Assembly: GCA_951406725.2 (NCBI GenBank)
Contig: OX597814.1
Coordinates: 186,496,001-186,560,000, forward strand
Length of the DNA: 64,000 nucleotides
Direction: 5' to 3'
Origin: Octopus vulgaris
Taxonomy: Eukaryota
This document shows, one piece after another, positions 24,697-36,760 of the stretch. Under the pieces are notes generated by a model. The model was not told the DNA's origin, searched no databases, and saw only the letters and a program-made list of their open reading frames with translations. The translations under genes and the position numbers were made by a program. Each line of letters opens with the position of its first letter. The stretch's first letter is position 1.

Positions 24697-27278
24697 TTGG
24701 CATACCTATTGAGATTATTTCAACAGATTTTTTATTGTGTTTACACTTATAATTTATGGTAAAAGAATTTTTTTTTTAATAATTTTGGTAATCAAAGGGG
24801 CATTACTTCATATGAAACGAAAATTAGATGAATTTTAACATTTTAGCCTTTCCTAAAATTGAAGTTTTGAAATTATCAAACAGTTTGATTATGTTAAAAA
24901 ATTCATGAATGATATAGTATTTCATTATATTTGAATTTATAATCTCAGTACCTATGACTAGGAAACCAATTTTATTTAAATCAAAAAGTAATTTTTAATT
25001 TCAAGGAAGATTATAAAAACTATAGTTCTTTATCCTTAAATTATATCAGAAATATGATTTTATACTAATTATCCAGTTATTGCCATTCAATCAGTAAGAA
25101 TTTTTTTTTAATTAATTGCATATATAAAATAAAAAGGTAAATACAAATTAGAAATAGAATCAAGGATGGGAAGTGTTGATAAAATTTTACAAATAAAAAC
25201 TTTGATTACAATAACATATTTTTATAATTTTCTTTGTTATAAAGCGTTTGCTTTTCCTTAGGTGGAGTTGTTCACCACTGTACAATCACTGACTTCATTC
25301 TCCTATTTTCTCACTCCAATATTGGTAATCTTCACACAATTTACTCAGGTCATTTAAGGAATATATTTATATTCAGCCCTATTTTATAACCTATAAATTC
25401 AACAATTCAATAAAATCTGTTTTGATGTCAAAATGCATAAGATTAAAAACTCCTGTTTCAGAATGTGGAGACAAAGTGATTCATTTGATACAATTATTGT
25501 GGAGTGTAGGTTTCAATTAAGATTTTACTTTTCTTCTCTCGCACATATGTCCTTTATGCTTGTCTTTACAAGTGTACATAGTTTGAATATATTTAATCTT
25601 GGATTAATGTTTAAAGAAATTTAATTGAGGAACTTAAAGGTCACATATATATTCTTTAAATGATCCAAGCAAATTAGATGAAAGTTCCCACTCTTTAGAA
25701 TTAGAAAATAATCAAACTTTGTAAAAACATCATACATTCAATTTGATGATAATAAAAAGTAAGAAGTGTGTTTTTCATAATATAAATTAGTTTCTTATGA
25801 AATCAACATGATTACTGAATGTTAAGTTTTAACGACATAAGCATAATTTGTAAAAGCCAAAATTAAATTGAGCATTTGGGTTTTGATGATGATATAAATA
25901 TAAAAGCGTACAAAAACGATGAATGCTTCATATAAAACTAACTGCATAATGGGAAATAAAATTAAAACACCCATACAAAATGAAGTATAAAAAAAATTTT
26001 AAATTGCATCAAGTTAAAAGTAAACTTTTTCCTGTAAGGAAACAAAAGCTTGATTACTAAATTAAGAGAACAATAGCTGTAATTATTATGTAAAAGAGAT
26101 CTAATTGCAACTTTTAGTTTAGCTAAGCTTAAGATATTGTCAATTGCAAATGAAACTTCTTGAAAATTTAGACAGTCCAAGAAACTAGTTCTAAGATTTT
26201 GTAATTTTCTTTTTAAGGATATCACTTTCAATCTGGTAAAAATCTAAGTGTGTGTGCATGTGTGAAAGAAAAAAAAAAACATTTAGGAGAAACTAAGAAT
26301 GGAAATGACATGGGTCACACCTGAAAGACATGTGTAAGTGTGAAGAGGGAATGGATGAATATATTCCTTTTGATAAAAAAATGTTAATATTTTGATGACT
26401 ATCACCTAGTGACTGGCAGTGACATGGGTAAAAATTTTACAAAAATCATTTATGATAAATCAATGTGCAAGGGAGGAAGCTATATTTGTTACTAAATTCA
26501 AACTGAGTAAAATAAAATGTTATGAGATAAAATTTCAATTTAGCAATTTAAGTTATTGAATGAAATTAATATATACTGAAAAGAAATAATTCATGATTTT
26601 TTTTTTTTAAATGCTCATTAGAAAATAGAAGAGACGTATCATTTAGGTTTAATGGGAGGTTATTAAAAAACTAAGGAAATCATTTGTGAAAAAGCTACCC
26701 ATCTAAATCCCTTGTAAATTATATTCAAAGAATTCTGGATCACAAACTAAAGGAAATGTTGAATGAAGATCTACAAACAGCAATATATTGAAGAGAAAAT
26801 GGTAAAAATTAGCAAAACAGTAAAGTAGATAAAGTTTGGGAGCTTTCAAAATTCTTTCTAATTGTGAAATAAAATAAACAAAAAAAAGAGGGGTGGGAAT
26901 ATGTTTTAAATTAATTGCAAACCAAATTCAATAACAAGACATCAAAAACGTATAATTCTAGTAGTATAATTCTATCTTGACACCCCACTTACACTTTAAA
27001 CTAAATGGACCTTAAGGCATTGAAAGAAAAAATTAAAATCATAATTATTGAAACCAGTTCCTTTGGTGTTATTTTGCTACTTTTATGAAAATATCCAAAA
27101 CAATTTTTTTTTTAATTTAAGAAGGTATTTTTGTTTTGTTTTGCTTAGTTGGAAGTATCTCTTTCTTCAGATATTTCACGCTTTCTTTTAAAACAGATTC
27201 TGAGAACCTGTTTTAAAAGCAAAAGCTGAATTCAGTTTGTTTCATCATTCTAAACCTTGAACAAATTGAACTATAATT

Positions 27279-27662
27279 GGCATAGGAGTGGCTGTGTGGT
27301 AAGTATCTTGCTTACGAACCACATGGTTCTGGGTTCAGTCCCACTGTGTAGCACCATGGCCAAGTGTCTTCTATTATAGCCTCAGGCTGACCAAAGCCTT
27401 GTGAGTGGATTTGGTAGACAGAAACTGAAAGAAGCCTGTCGTATATATATATATGTGTGTGTGTATGTATATATTTGTGTGTCTGTATTTGACCCCCAAC
27501 ATCGCTTGACAACCGACATCCCTGTAACTTAGCGGTTCGGCAAAAGAGACCAATAGAATAAGTACTAGGCTTACAAAGAATAAATCCTGGGGTCGATTTG
27601 CTCAACTAAAGGCGGTGCTCCAGCATGGCCACAGTCAAATGACTAAAACAAGTAAAAGAGTA
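27279..27662 (+). mobile_element. SINE family A, full length
   Basis: Collinear with 4066-4518. Confidence 0.9.
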
Positions 27663-29495
27663 TAAAACAAAATCACAAAACAAATTAAAAAAAAAATAAT
27701 CTTCATCAAATATATCATATATGTAACAGGGAAACCATTATCCAGACATGAATAGTCAAGTTATAGAAGTTGTTGGGTTACCTGCTAGCAATCATGATGA
27801 ATTGGAAGACACAAATTAATAGAGAGAATCTATGGAAAGTAAACTCTAGAAACATTTCTGGTCGTTGCTAGTTCAATCCTACTCTTTTCCTGAATCAAAT
27901 TTTCAGAAATAGAACAGAATGTAATCCAAATGGACGGATGACATTTTTTAAAGTCTCATATATTTAAAGAAGTATGAAAAGAATGCGTCAATTTCATTAA
28001 TGAAGTTTTGTAAAACTATGAAAACAAATACATTTATTTACTCTTCTAACTTTCCTGTGCTAAGTTCATTTCATTTCTTCTTTTTTAAAAAACTATTCCA
28101 AGTGCAAAATAAACAATGAGATAAATGGAGAAAAAGTTTGCAATCTTTTTCAATTAAAAAAACAAAAAGATTATATTCTCCAACAATAAAAAAAAACATG
28201 AATAAACTTAAATGTATAATTTTAAATTTGCTGTAATAAGATACTATAAAATGAATATATATGTTTGTATGAGTGTATGTATTCACATGTATATAGTACT
28301 ATATTTTTTTCCCATTTGCAAATTGATTTTCTATATTAAAAGTATCAAAAATGTAACTATAAATCTGTATCTATGAAATGAAAATGTGAATAAAGAACAA
28401 ATATGGAAGAATGCATGGATGTTAAATATGTAAAAAATAATATAAATCAATGTTTAAATATGTAAAGATTCAGCACCTGTTAATGAGTTTGAAGTCAGCA
28501 GCAGAATGTATCCATAATTTTGTAAATGAAACAAACTATCAAAAATGTCTTTCCACTCTTAAATAAAGTAATTAAAGGATGTAGAATGGTGTAACATTAG
28601 TCATAGACATTGGTGAAATAGCAAATGGAACGCTTTTTTCAAGCCTGATATCCAATGATTAAGATTGCAGATTTCCATAGTAGATTATTAATCATTGATG
28701 CTATAATTATTTGGAGGAGAGTGCTAATAACATATGTACTGCAATATACTGGTTTTGATTTGATTACTATTACTCTGTTCCTTGAAAAATAACCCAGTAG
28801 TGTAGTCAAAAGAAATTATCATAGGAAGTTTTCAGAAAACTGAATCTGTAGTCCCTTTATGATTGTGTCTGGAACCGTAATAATGTGCTTGGGATAAACA
28901 TGAACATTGTAAATTTTCCACTTCTAGTCCAAGATTCTTTAAATTAGAGAATTCATACCAAGACTACTACTGCCTGACCTTCATAACATGTCCCAGAAAA
29001 TATCTGACCAATTGGAACATATGCTCTATGGCTTCTTATGGAAGGGACAGGTTCTACTGGTCAGGAGGTTTGTTTGTTGTTAACATCTGATCCAAAGGAG
29101 ATTAAGGATACTGTGGTCACTAATATGCAACCATGTGCGGAGGTTGACACAGCTACAGAGATTCCTGGACAATGACAATAGTAAACAAGTGTGGCCACCA
29201 TCCATGTAGCATCTTTCTGTACTTGTCTCTTTGATGGTGTTGCAGTCCTGGGTCAAATGCAGACCAAAATTGAACATTTGGCAACTGAATGGTTGCCAGG
29301 TGCTCACTGCATTCTATCAGCTAGACAATCTGGTCAATGGAAAACCAACTCCCAAATTCTATAGGAGAGTGGTGTGAGTGACAATGACCTGGGAGTGATT
29401 CTAAGTGTCATCAAAGGCAGTCTTAGCAGTCTCTTCTTTCCGGAGGACCTTCAGGTAGGGGGTTTCTGAACAATTTCCAAAGAGTGGCTTTGCTT

Positions 29496-30093
29496 CATCA
29501 TCATCATCGTTTTCCATGCTGGCATAGGTTGGACGATTTGACGGAGGACTGGCGAACCAGATAGTTGCACCAGGCTCCAATCTGATCTGGCAGAGTTTCT
29601 ACAGCTGGATGCCATTCCTAACGCCAACCACTCTGAGAGTGTAGTGGGTGCTTTTACATGCCACCAGCATGAGGGCCAGTCAGACGGTACTGGCAACGAC
29701 CTTGCTCGAATATTTTTTCACGTGCCACCAGCACAAGTGCCAGTAAGGTGATGCTGGTAATAATCATGCTCAAATAGTGCTTTTATGTGACACCGGCATG
29801 GAAGCCAGTCAGCTGCACTGGCAACAATCATGCTTGGATAGTGCTCTTAGCGCTCCGCTAGCACAGATGCCAGTCATCGAATTTGATTTCGATTTTGATT
29901 TCACTTGCCTCAACAGGTCTTCGCAAGCAGAATTTAGTGTCCAATGAAGGAAAGGTATGCATAAGTGGGCTGGTTACACCCCTGGCATAGGCCACGAGTT
30001 ATTGTCCCACTTGGCTTGCCGGATCTTCTCATATTTCTAAAGGTCTTGGTCACTAGTCACTGCCTCAGTGAGGCCTAATGTTTGAAGGTCATG
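29496..30093 (-). mobile_element. 5'-truncated RTE LINE: ORF C-terminus plus the full family B 3' UTR
   Basis: Minus strand reads HDLQTLGLTEAVTSDQDL*KY, then UTR with tandem units and (GAT)n tail. Confidence 0.82.
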
Positions 30094-30619
30094 TTAATGA
30101 TAATACAGGAATGATCACATTGGAGCCCAAGACACATTCACAATGATAAAATTGCCTGGCACACACCCATTCAGCACCCGTACACTACTTATTCATGGGT
30201 TTATGTCAAACAGTTGTTATTGCATTCAGGACAGATCCGGCTATCAACTCAGTCTATCATGAAATCAATCCATGTCTTCCTTTGATAAGGAAGAGTGAGT
30301 AGTCTTCTTCTGCCTGGTGGTTATGGCTAAGAAAATTGTGTGGTAGATGCAGTTGAAAGCTCTAAGGAAAGCTTTTCCTCTCAGGCCAAGCCCTCATCAG
30401 TTTTTTCTACATACCATTTGAAGAAGATGGTGAGAGTAGAGAGAGAGAGATGCTACCCTCCAATAAATTTTATAAAAATTGGTGAGTGGTGAAACTGACT
30501 TGAATAAAAGGGCCTACATTAATTATGTGGATATCGGCCAATAGCAAGAACTAGGAGAAGGCACTTGCCTTTTGTATGTCAAAGTAATCCAGGTTATATG
30601 AAGGATGTCCTTAATAACT

Positions 30620-32193
30620 CTATGTGGTTACCCCCAACTATTTTTGGAATTCCTTTTTGTTATTTTGATGTTCCACAATGCTATTGCGAATTACTGTTAT
30701 CTAGTTGTTATTACTATAAGTAGTAGTTGTAAAATATTATTTTGTTGCTTTCACCCTTTTACTCAATGTAAATACCCTGCTTAAATTATATTTGGTATTC
30801 TGCTTTTGTTCTGTCTCCAGCATCCTGGGCCCATATAGTAAGCAAAAGAAATTATTGTTGTTGTTGCTATTTATATTCCTTACATTTTGAAGAAAAAAAA
30901 ATGTCAACAGGAAGCAGCAGATAACTACATTTTCCCTGAAGTTACAAATATAAATGAAAATATAATGTTGCATTATACACTCTTCTCCTACAGCACACAC
31001 AAACACACATATAAATACATATGACAATAAAAATAAAAGAAATCTAAATTATAACTTCTTTACAATATTAAATAGGAGTTTAGTATTGTTCATTGATGTT
31101 GGTTTGATTTAATTTATGTATGTCTCCACAAAGTGTAAAAATATAAGAGGAAACAACAGCAAAAAGAATTTGAAATTTGTCAATATGAGTTGTATATTTT
31201 TGTAAAAAATGTTTTTGCTTTGTTCTACCAAATCAAAGAAAAGCATATTCATATGATATTTTTATCCAATTAAAAAAAATTTTTTTTCACTTTTTTCATG
31301 ATATAGGTGTAGCCTTAAAACTTTAAGCAAAGTTAACTCTTGGCTGATGTTAGAAATTATTAAAATGAAACATCAATTTTAAAATAATAAAACTCTCAAG
31401 ATTAAAAATATTTTTTTAAATAATTCTTATTAAATGCTAAATTTTGTATGTTAATGTACCAAAGTGTAATGCAATAAAAATTCAATATAAACTCGTAATT
31501 TATGGCAAAGTAATGTTGTGCTATGTCTAAAAGCATACAGGGAACCAGTACAGACCAATGAAACACTAGTGGCTTACAGTAATTAATGATATACTAGGAC
31601 CCAGTAATACTAATGAAATCTATGGATGAAAGACATGCTATGCAATCACTAATTAACTAATGACACTTCAGCTGCTGAAGTGTATGGTTCACTACAATGA
31701 AAACTGAAGCATCAAAGATCTCCTCAGAAATGAGAAAAATTGCAATTTTCAATGAAAGACAATTTACACATCTTTCAATAATTTTTGTAAAAATCAATTT
31801 CAAAACTTTTGTTATAAATATTTCATAAATAAAAAAATGAAGATTTTAAAAATAATGATCAAAACTGATGAAAGAGTCTTCCGAGTTAAATGAATAATAT
31901 CAATTCCATTCACTGAGAAATTAAGTCTAAAAATTAAATTAACCATAAATCCAAGCAACAAAAGTGAAAAAAATTAATACTAATAAAACAGAAAGTTAAA
32001 TGAAAACAGCAATGAATAGAATATTACTTGTGTTGGGCGAATTGAAGTGAAGTGATAGAATTCCAGTAAAAAAGAATGAGAAAATAATTTCTTCATATAA
32101 AAGAATGAAGAAATTACTTAAAGGTTAATGAGATGTAAATTATTTGTCTATAATGCATTTCATTAGTTAATAAAAACAACAAAATTAGAAAAA
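30620..32193 (-). other. Proximal TET 3' UTR (distal end unknown)
   Basis: TE-free sequence directly after the stop codon, U-rich on the minus strand. Confidence 0.6.
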
Positions 32194-34167
32194 TCATTGA
32201 CAGATCCATTTTTGATAAGGACCCGTAACAGTAGGTTGAGGATCTATAGATTGAGTGATCACGGTGTCTGTTGTTCGAGTTACAGTATGTCTAATCGCTG
32301 TCTCCCACATATACTTGTACTGAGCAGGGCTCTTTACCTCTGTTGTCTCTTCCTTTTTACGCCTCTTCTTACTTCCAGGTTTCAACTCCTCACTTGGAAG
32401 GGGAATGTTTTTATTTGTCTCTTCTTTCATCTTTTGTAGTCGTTTCTGACGCTGTAATTCAAGCTTACGTTCGTTCTCATACCAGCCATGGTAACGTAAA
32501 TTCATACTTTTGTGTTGATAAAATACTAGACTAATTCGTGTTGGTGAAAATCTGTTAGGATTCAGAAGAGCAGTTGTTGCATGCAACTCTCGCTTAGCAA
32601 CTTCAAATAACACAGAACCATGTGTTAATGCAATAGCAACACCTCCAATATCTGGATCTCTGAAGCTTTGTTCATTGAACTCAAGCTCAGAGCTAATTAG
32701 TTCGGCACTGTTGCCATTCAAACGAGAGTCTTCCATTGATCCATCAGCTTGTAAAAATGGCGTACTTAATGGCGGTGTTGAAGTAAGGTTTTTAGAATTT
32801 GAAGGAGAATAAGATGAAACACTAGTTTGGCATAAATTACTATTGACTTTATCAAAAATATCTTTCCTATCAAAATTAGAACTAAGAGATGATAGTCTGG
32901 AATGTTGGTCTTTTGATAAATCTAATGGTATATTAGCATTTGAACATGAATTTCTAGATAGATGGTTAGAAAAATTTACAGCATTCTGATTGGCAGCACC
33001 CATAACAGCAGCTGGTAATTCTGTATTTGGAGCTGGCTTTCTTGGAGTTGATATATTCACACCAGCTTGTGACTGGGGTGAAACTGTTCGTGATTTTTCT
33101 ACAGCAGTCTGGCTCCGAATCATAACTGCTTCAGATAACAAGTGTAGAGGAGACTCAAAGTCATCTGATGTTAAACTAGATGCAGAGAAGGGACGCTTAC
33201 TGTCTTTAACAAAAGGGACATTACATACTGATCCTGTTGGCAATAAGACATCAGTTGACATTTTCTTTAGACCCTCATAGGTTTTAGGGAGATCAATGTT
33301 TCTAAACTGCTGATGCAATGAAGGATCTATCAGACCATCTTTGCCAATAGCTGCTGATTGGCCAGTCAGCATTTTTATAGCTTCAGAATCACCATCCTTC
33401 AGAAAATTTGCTGGAGGGAATGTACCATGAGAATATAAATATTTACAAAACTGATTGTACGTGTTTTCATTATTTGACTGTGCATTTGTTGGGGGCTTTA
33501 AAGGAGCAACATTATTCACTGACTGATCATTTGAATTTTTGTTACTCTCTTCTACCGAGCCAACTTTAAACGACGATGATGATGATGATTGTGATGATGG
33601 TAAAGGTGCTAGTGGTGTTGATGATGAAGAAGATAATGATGTATTTAATGATGATAAGGATGATGGTGATGACAATGATGCTTGAGGTGGTGCTGTTGAT
33701 GACAATGCTGATGCTGCAGATGATGATGATGATGATGATGATATATTATTTACTGTGCTGTTCTGTAATAAGTTAATTTTATCAACGATGTTCTTATATC
33801 CAGAGATATTTGCCATGGCATTCTGAGGAAGATTAGAACAAAGGTTAGATTTAGCATTGGTAGCAGCTTGAGACATAAGATTTGCATTCTTTGAATTCAA
33901 AAAAGTTGCTTTTCTGGGTGAACTCATGCGAGAATTGACTCTTTTGTTAGAAGGACTATCCTTCTTATTCTTCCCTTTACGTTTAGGTGTTACTGGAGTA
34001 GCGCGAACATGTGCAATCTTGGGATAGTTTGCGAGAATCTCAACGCATCCTTTCTTCAATTTTTCTTCAAACTTTTTATCTTTGAGATCCAAAATATAAA
34101 GGGGTAAAACATGTAGTTGCTCTTCAACTGGTTTTTCTAGAGGTCCATGTTTTGTCAAAGTTACAAC
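32194..34167 (-). CDS. TET: TET terminal coding exon (1974 bp): DSBH, low-complexity insert, second DSBH half and C-terminus
   Basis: tag|GTTGTAACT acceptor. Contains EQLHVLPLY, GGVAIALTHGSVLFEVAKRELHATT (distal Fe His), PTRISLVFYQH (2-OG Arg/Ser) and VTGPYQKWI. TGA stop at 32194-32196. Confidence 0.97.
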   Translation of the reverse strand, partial: VVTLTKHGPLEKPVEEQLHVLPLYILDLKDKKFEEKLKKGCVEILANYPKIAHVRATPVTPKRKGKNKKDSPSNKRVNSRMSSPRKATFLNSKNANLMSQAATNAKSNLCSNLPQNAMANISGYKNIVDKINLLQNSTVNNISSSSSSSSAASALSSTAPPQASLSSPSSLSSLNTSLSSSSSTPLAPLPSSQSSSSSSFKVGSVEESNKNSNDQSVNNVAPLKPPTNAQSNNENTYNQFCKYLYSHGTFPPANFLKDGDSEAIKMLTGQSAAIGKDGLIDPSLHQQFRNIDLPKTYEGLKKMSTDVLLPTGSVCNVPFVKDSKRPFSASSLTSDDFESPLHLLSEAVMIRSQTAVEKSRTVSPQSQAGVNISTPRKPAPNTELPAAVMGAANQNAVNFSNHLSRNSCSNANIPLDLSKDQHSRLSSLSSNFDRKDIFDKVNSNLCQTSVSSYSPSNSKNLTSTPPLSTPFLQADGSMEDSRLNGNSAELISSELEFNEQSFRDPDIGGVAIALTHGSVLFEVAKRELHATTALLNPNRFSPTRISLVFYQHKSMNLRYHGWYENERKLELQRQKRLQKMKEETNKNIPLPSEELKPGSKKRRKKEETTEVKSPAQYKYMWETAIRHTVTRTTDTVITQSIDPQPTVTGPYQKWICQ

Positions 34168-34570
34168 CTATTAAATATAATTGAAGTAAATCATTACTGA
34201 TGATATATATATATATAAAGAAAGAAAGGAGTGACAATATATATTTTATAGAATCTAACTTATTGTCAATTTTGAAATAGATATATTACAAAAGACTCAA
34301 TTTGCCTCTTATGTTTTTCATTATATTTTTAACTATAGATGAAAAACAAAATAAGATTTCAAAACAGATATTTTATTTTAAATCAAAATGAAATATATTT
34401 CTTTTAAAAGGAATATTTCTGGGTATGTTATTTAAATGTCTTTGCTTATTGCCTATTTTAGCCCCAATTGGTTCCACTTTAAGAGAAATCTTCCATTTTG
34501 GCATTGATAGTCAATTATTGGGTGTAGTTAAAAACTGTTGCATATCAAAATTGAATATTATACAAAATAG

Positions 34571-34738
34571 GGGGAGAATCCACAAAAAAACAAAAGACAA
34601 AGACAGGTGGTGCAGACAACAAACAGATGTATTAGTTTAACACTTGGGAAGTGAAGAAGTCTTTAAGGCTTCAAGCCTACGCTCTTCCACAGAAAGAAAC
34701 AAGGAGAGAAAATAAAGAATGTGTAGTGGCTAGCGATC
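34571..34738 (-). mobile_element. Short retro-insertion with 15-bp TSD, possibly Penelope-like
   Basis: TSD tattatacaaaatag at 34556-34570 and 34739-34753. Class assignment is inference. Confidence 0.65.
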
Positions 34739-35104
34739 TATTATACAAAATAGTTATTTTAGTTTAACAAAATATATTTTCTTATATATTTTACATATCT
34801 TTTACATGACAACTTCAAACTTTTAATATGATTACCATTTTTAGACAGTAAGCTTCATCTTTAGTTATAATTTCTTTTTAACACTTACAACATAATGTTT
34901 CTCTTAGTTCAAACTCTGATTATCATCAGATGTAATACTTGTCATAATACCTGTCAGAATTCAAACAAGGAATCTTTATTTCTAAACTATGGATAATAAT
35001 GCTGTTATCCACTTGACCACTAATGCATGTAAATATTAAAGAATTTCTTATCTCTAAAGGATTCCCAGACATTTAAACATTTTGAAGATGGTGATGATAT
35101 TTAC

Positions 35105-35257
35105 CACAGTGCATCCATTGTTCATATTGTGCAAATCTTTATGTGAATGGGCACAAAAGTCCACACAGGCAGTCACACCAGAAAATGGCCGTGAAGGTTT
35201 TGAATTTTCATCCCGATAACCAAGGCGACATTCATAACCACTGTCTTCAAAAAATAC
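35105..35257 (-). CDS. TET: TET exon (153 bp) with the HxD iron-binding motif: ...[42 protein letters not shown]
   Basis: cag| acceptor and |gtaaat donor. [23 protein letters not shown] signature. Confidence 0.97.
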
Positions 35258-35438
35258 CTGTTTTAATGAAAAGATAAAGGAAGTTATAATAAATCTCTGG
35301 GCGAAGTATATACTTCACGATAAAGGAAGTTGTTTTGCCATTAAATAATTAAACCCTACATATTGTTTGTATCATTTAAAAAGATTTTTAAGAGTAATTT
35401 TTTTAAATAAATTTATTCATAACTCATTTTCCTAAAAT

Positions 35439-35797
35439 TCTGAGACCTCCTTCGGTCACGACACTGACCATGGGATTGCACCTAGAAAGCTACCCTCCCA
35501 GGCACAAGTCCGGGCAAGACTGTCTTGTGGAAAGCCAGCAATTGTCCATGCATACCGGCCTCCCCTCTCCATGCCACCAGTGTTATCCAAGGGAAAGGCA
35601 AGGGCCGATACAGCTTGGCACCTGTGACGTCGCAACTCATTTCTACAGCTGAGTGAACTGGAGCAACGTGAAATAAAGTGCCTTGCTCAAGAACACAACA
35701 TGCAGCCCAATCCGGGATTCAAGCTCACAACTTCATGATCGTAAGCTCAATGCTCTAACCACTGAACCATGCACCTTCACATGTGAAGGCGCACATA
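35439..35797 (-). mobile_element. SINE family F with 13-bp TSD
   Basis: TSD attttcctaaaat at 35426-35438 and 35798-35810, tRNA-like head. Confidence 0.9.
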
Positions 35798-36221
35798 ATT
35801 TTCCTAAAATATGTAATGATTAATCTCAAACCTTTACACATATAAAAGTATAGAAAATTAATCAAATTGAGTAATTCAGCTCATATCAATAGCCATTGCA
35901 AAATTTGATATTTTTTTACTTCTTATAACATACTGCTTTTGAATATATCTTTAAAAGGAATCATTCAAAGCTATTGTATCATGGTGAGATAACAATTACA
36001 ATCAAAATGCCACATTATTATCGCACATATCATGTCCAATCACATTGTGATTAAAATGCTTGCAAATACTCAATTTGATTTAATTAATTATTCCATCGTA
36101 GAGTGGAGGTGATATATTTTAGTTAGTGAGCATAACGGTACATATTAGTACAAAGCAAAGATTTATAATAAACTTTAACTAGAGCTGAATGATTATAAAA
36201 AAATTGTGGATGATTCTTTAC

Positions 36222-36311
36222 CTGGTTGTTGTAGGATTCAGGTGCCACTGATTTATATAATGGAGCAAGTCTTGTTGCTAAACTCTGGAATTTATTTTCT
36301 GCAACTTCATC
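36222..36311 (-). CDS. TET: TET exon (90 bp): DEVAENKFQSLATRLAPLYKSVAPESYNNQ
   Basis: tttag| acceptor and |gtaaag donor. LAPxYKxxAPxxYxNQ motif, phase 0/0. Confidence 0.95.
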
Positions 36312-36760
36312 CTAAAATGAATAGACAACAATATACCACAAGTTTATGTTTGTAAATAGAGAGAGAATTATAGTCAATTGTTTGAATCTGGGACATTATT
36401 GTATCTTATTGGTACTTAATTGATTGACTAAGAAGCATGTAAAGTAAAGTTGATCTGGGGAATATTTGATCTAACAATGATGAAACAACAGATATAATAA
36501 AGCATCTAACTGGCTCTTTACTATCTGTGCCAAATATCTTCATAACAACAATTTTTTACATCAGCACAAGTCCATGGTTTGTATGGTAGAAAAACAGTAA
36601 ACTGAATGAATCCACAATATCTAATGGGTATATGTTTTATCGGCATCACAATGACAAAAGTTAGAAGTGACCCTGTCAGGATTTGAACTCAAAACATAAA
36701 GGCACAAAACAGATTACTGAAGATTTAGTATTCTGCCACTATGTAATTGCATTTCCTTTA

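Noticed and set aside
32197-33776. Plus-strand ORFs overlapping the TET terminal exon (also 59582..59848)
   Set aside because: Antisense shadows of the TET coding frame with no independent motif.
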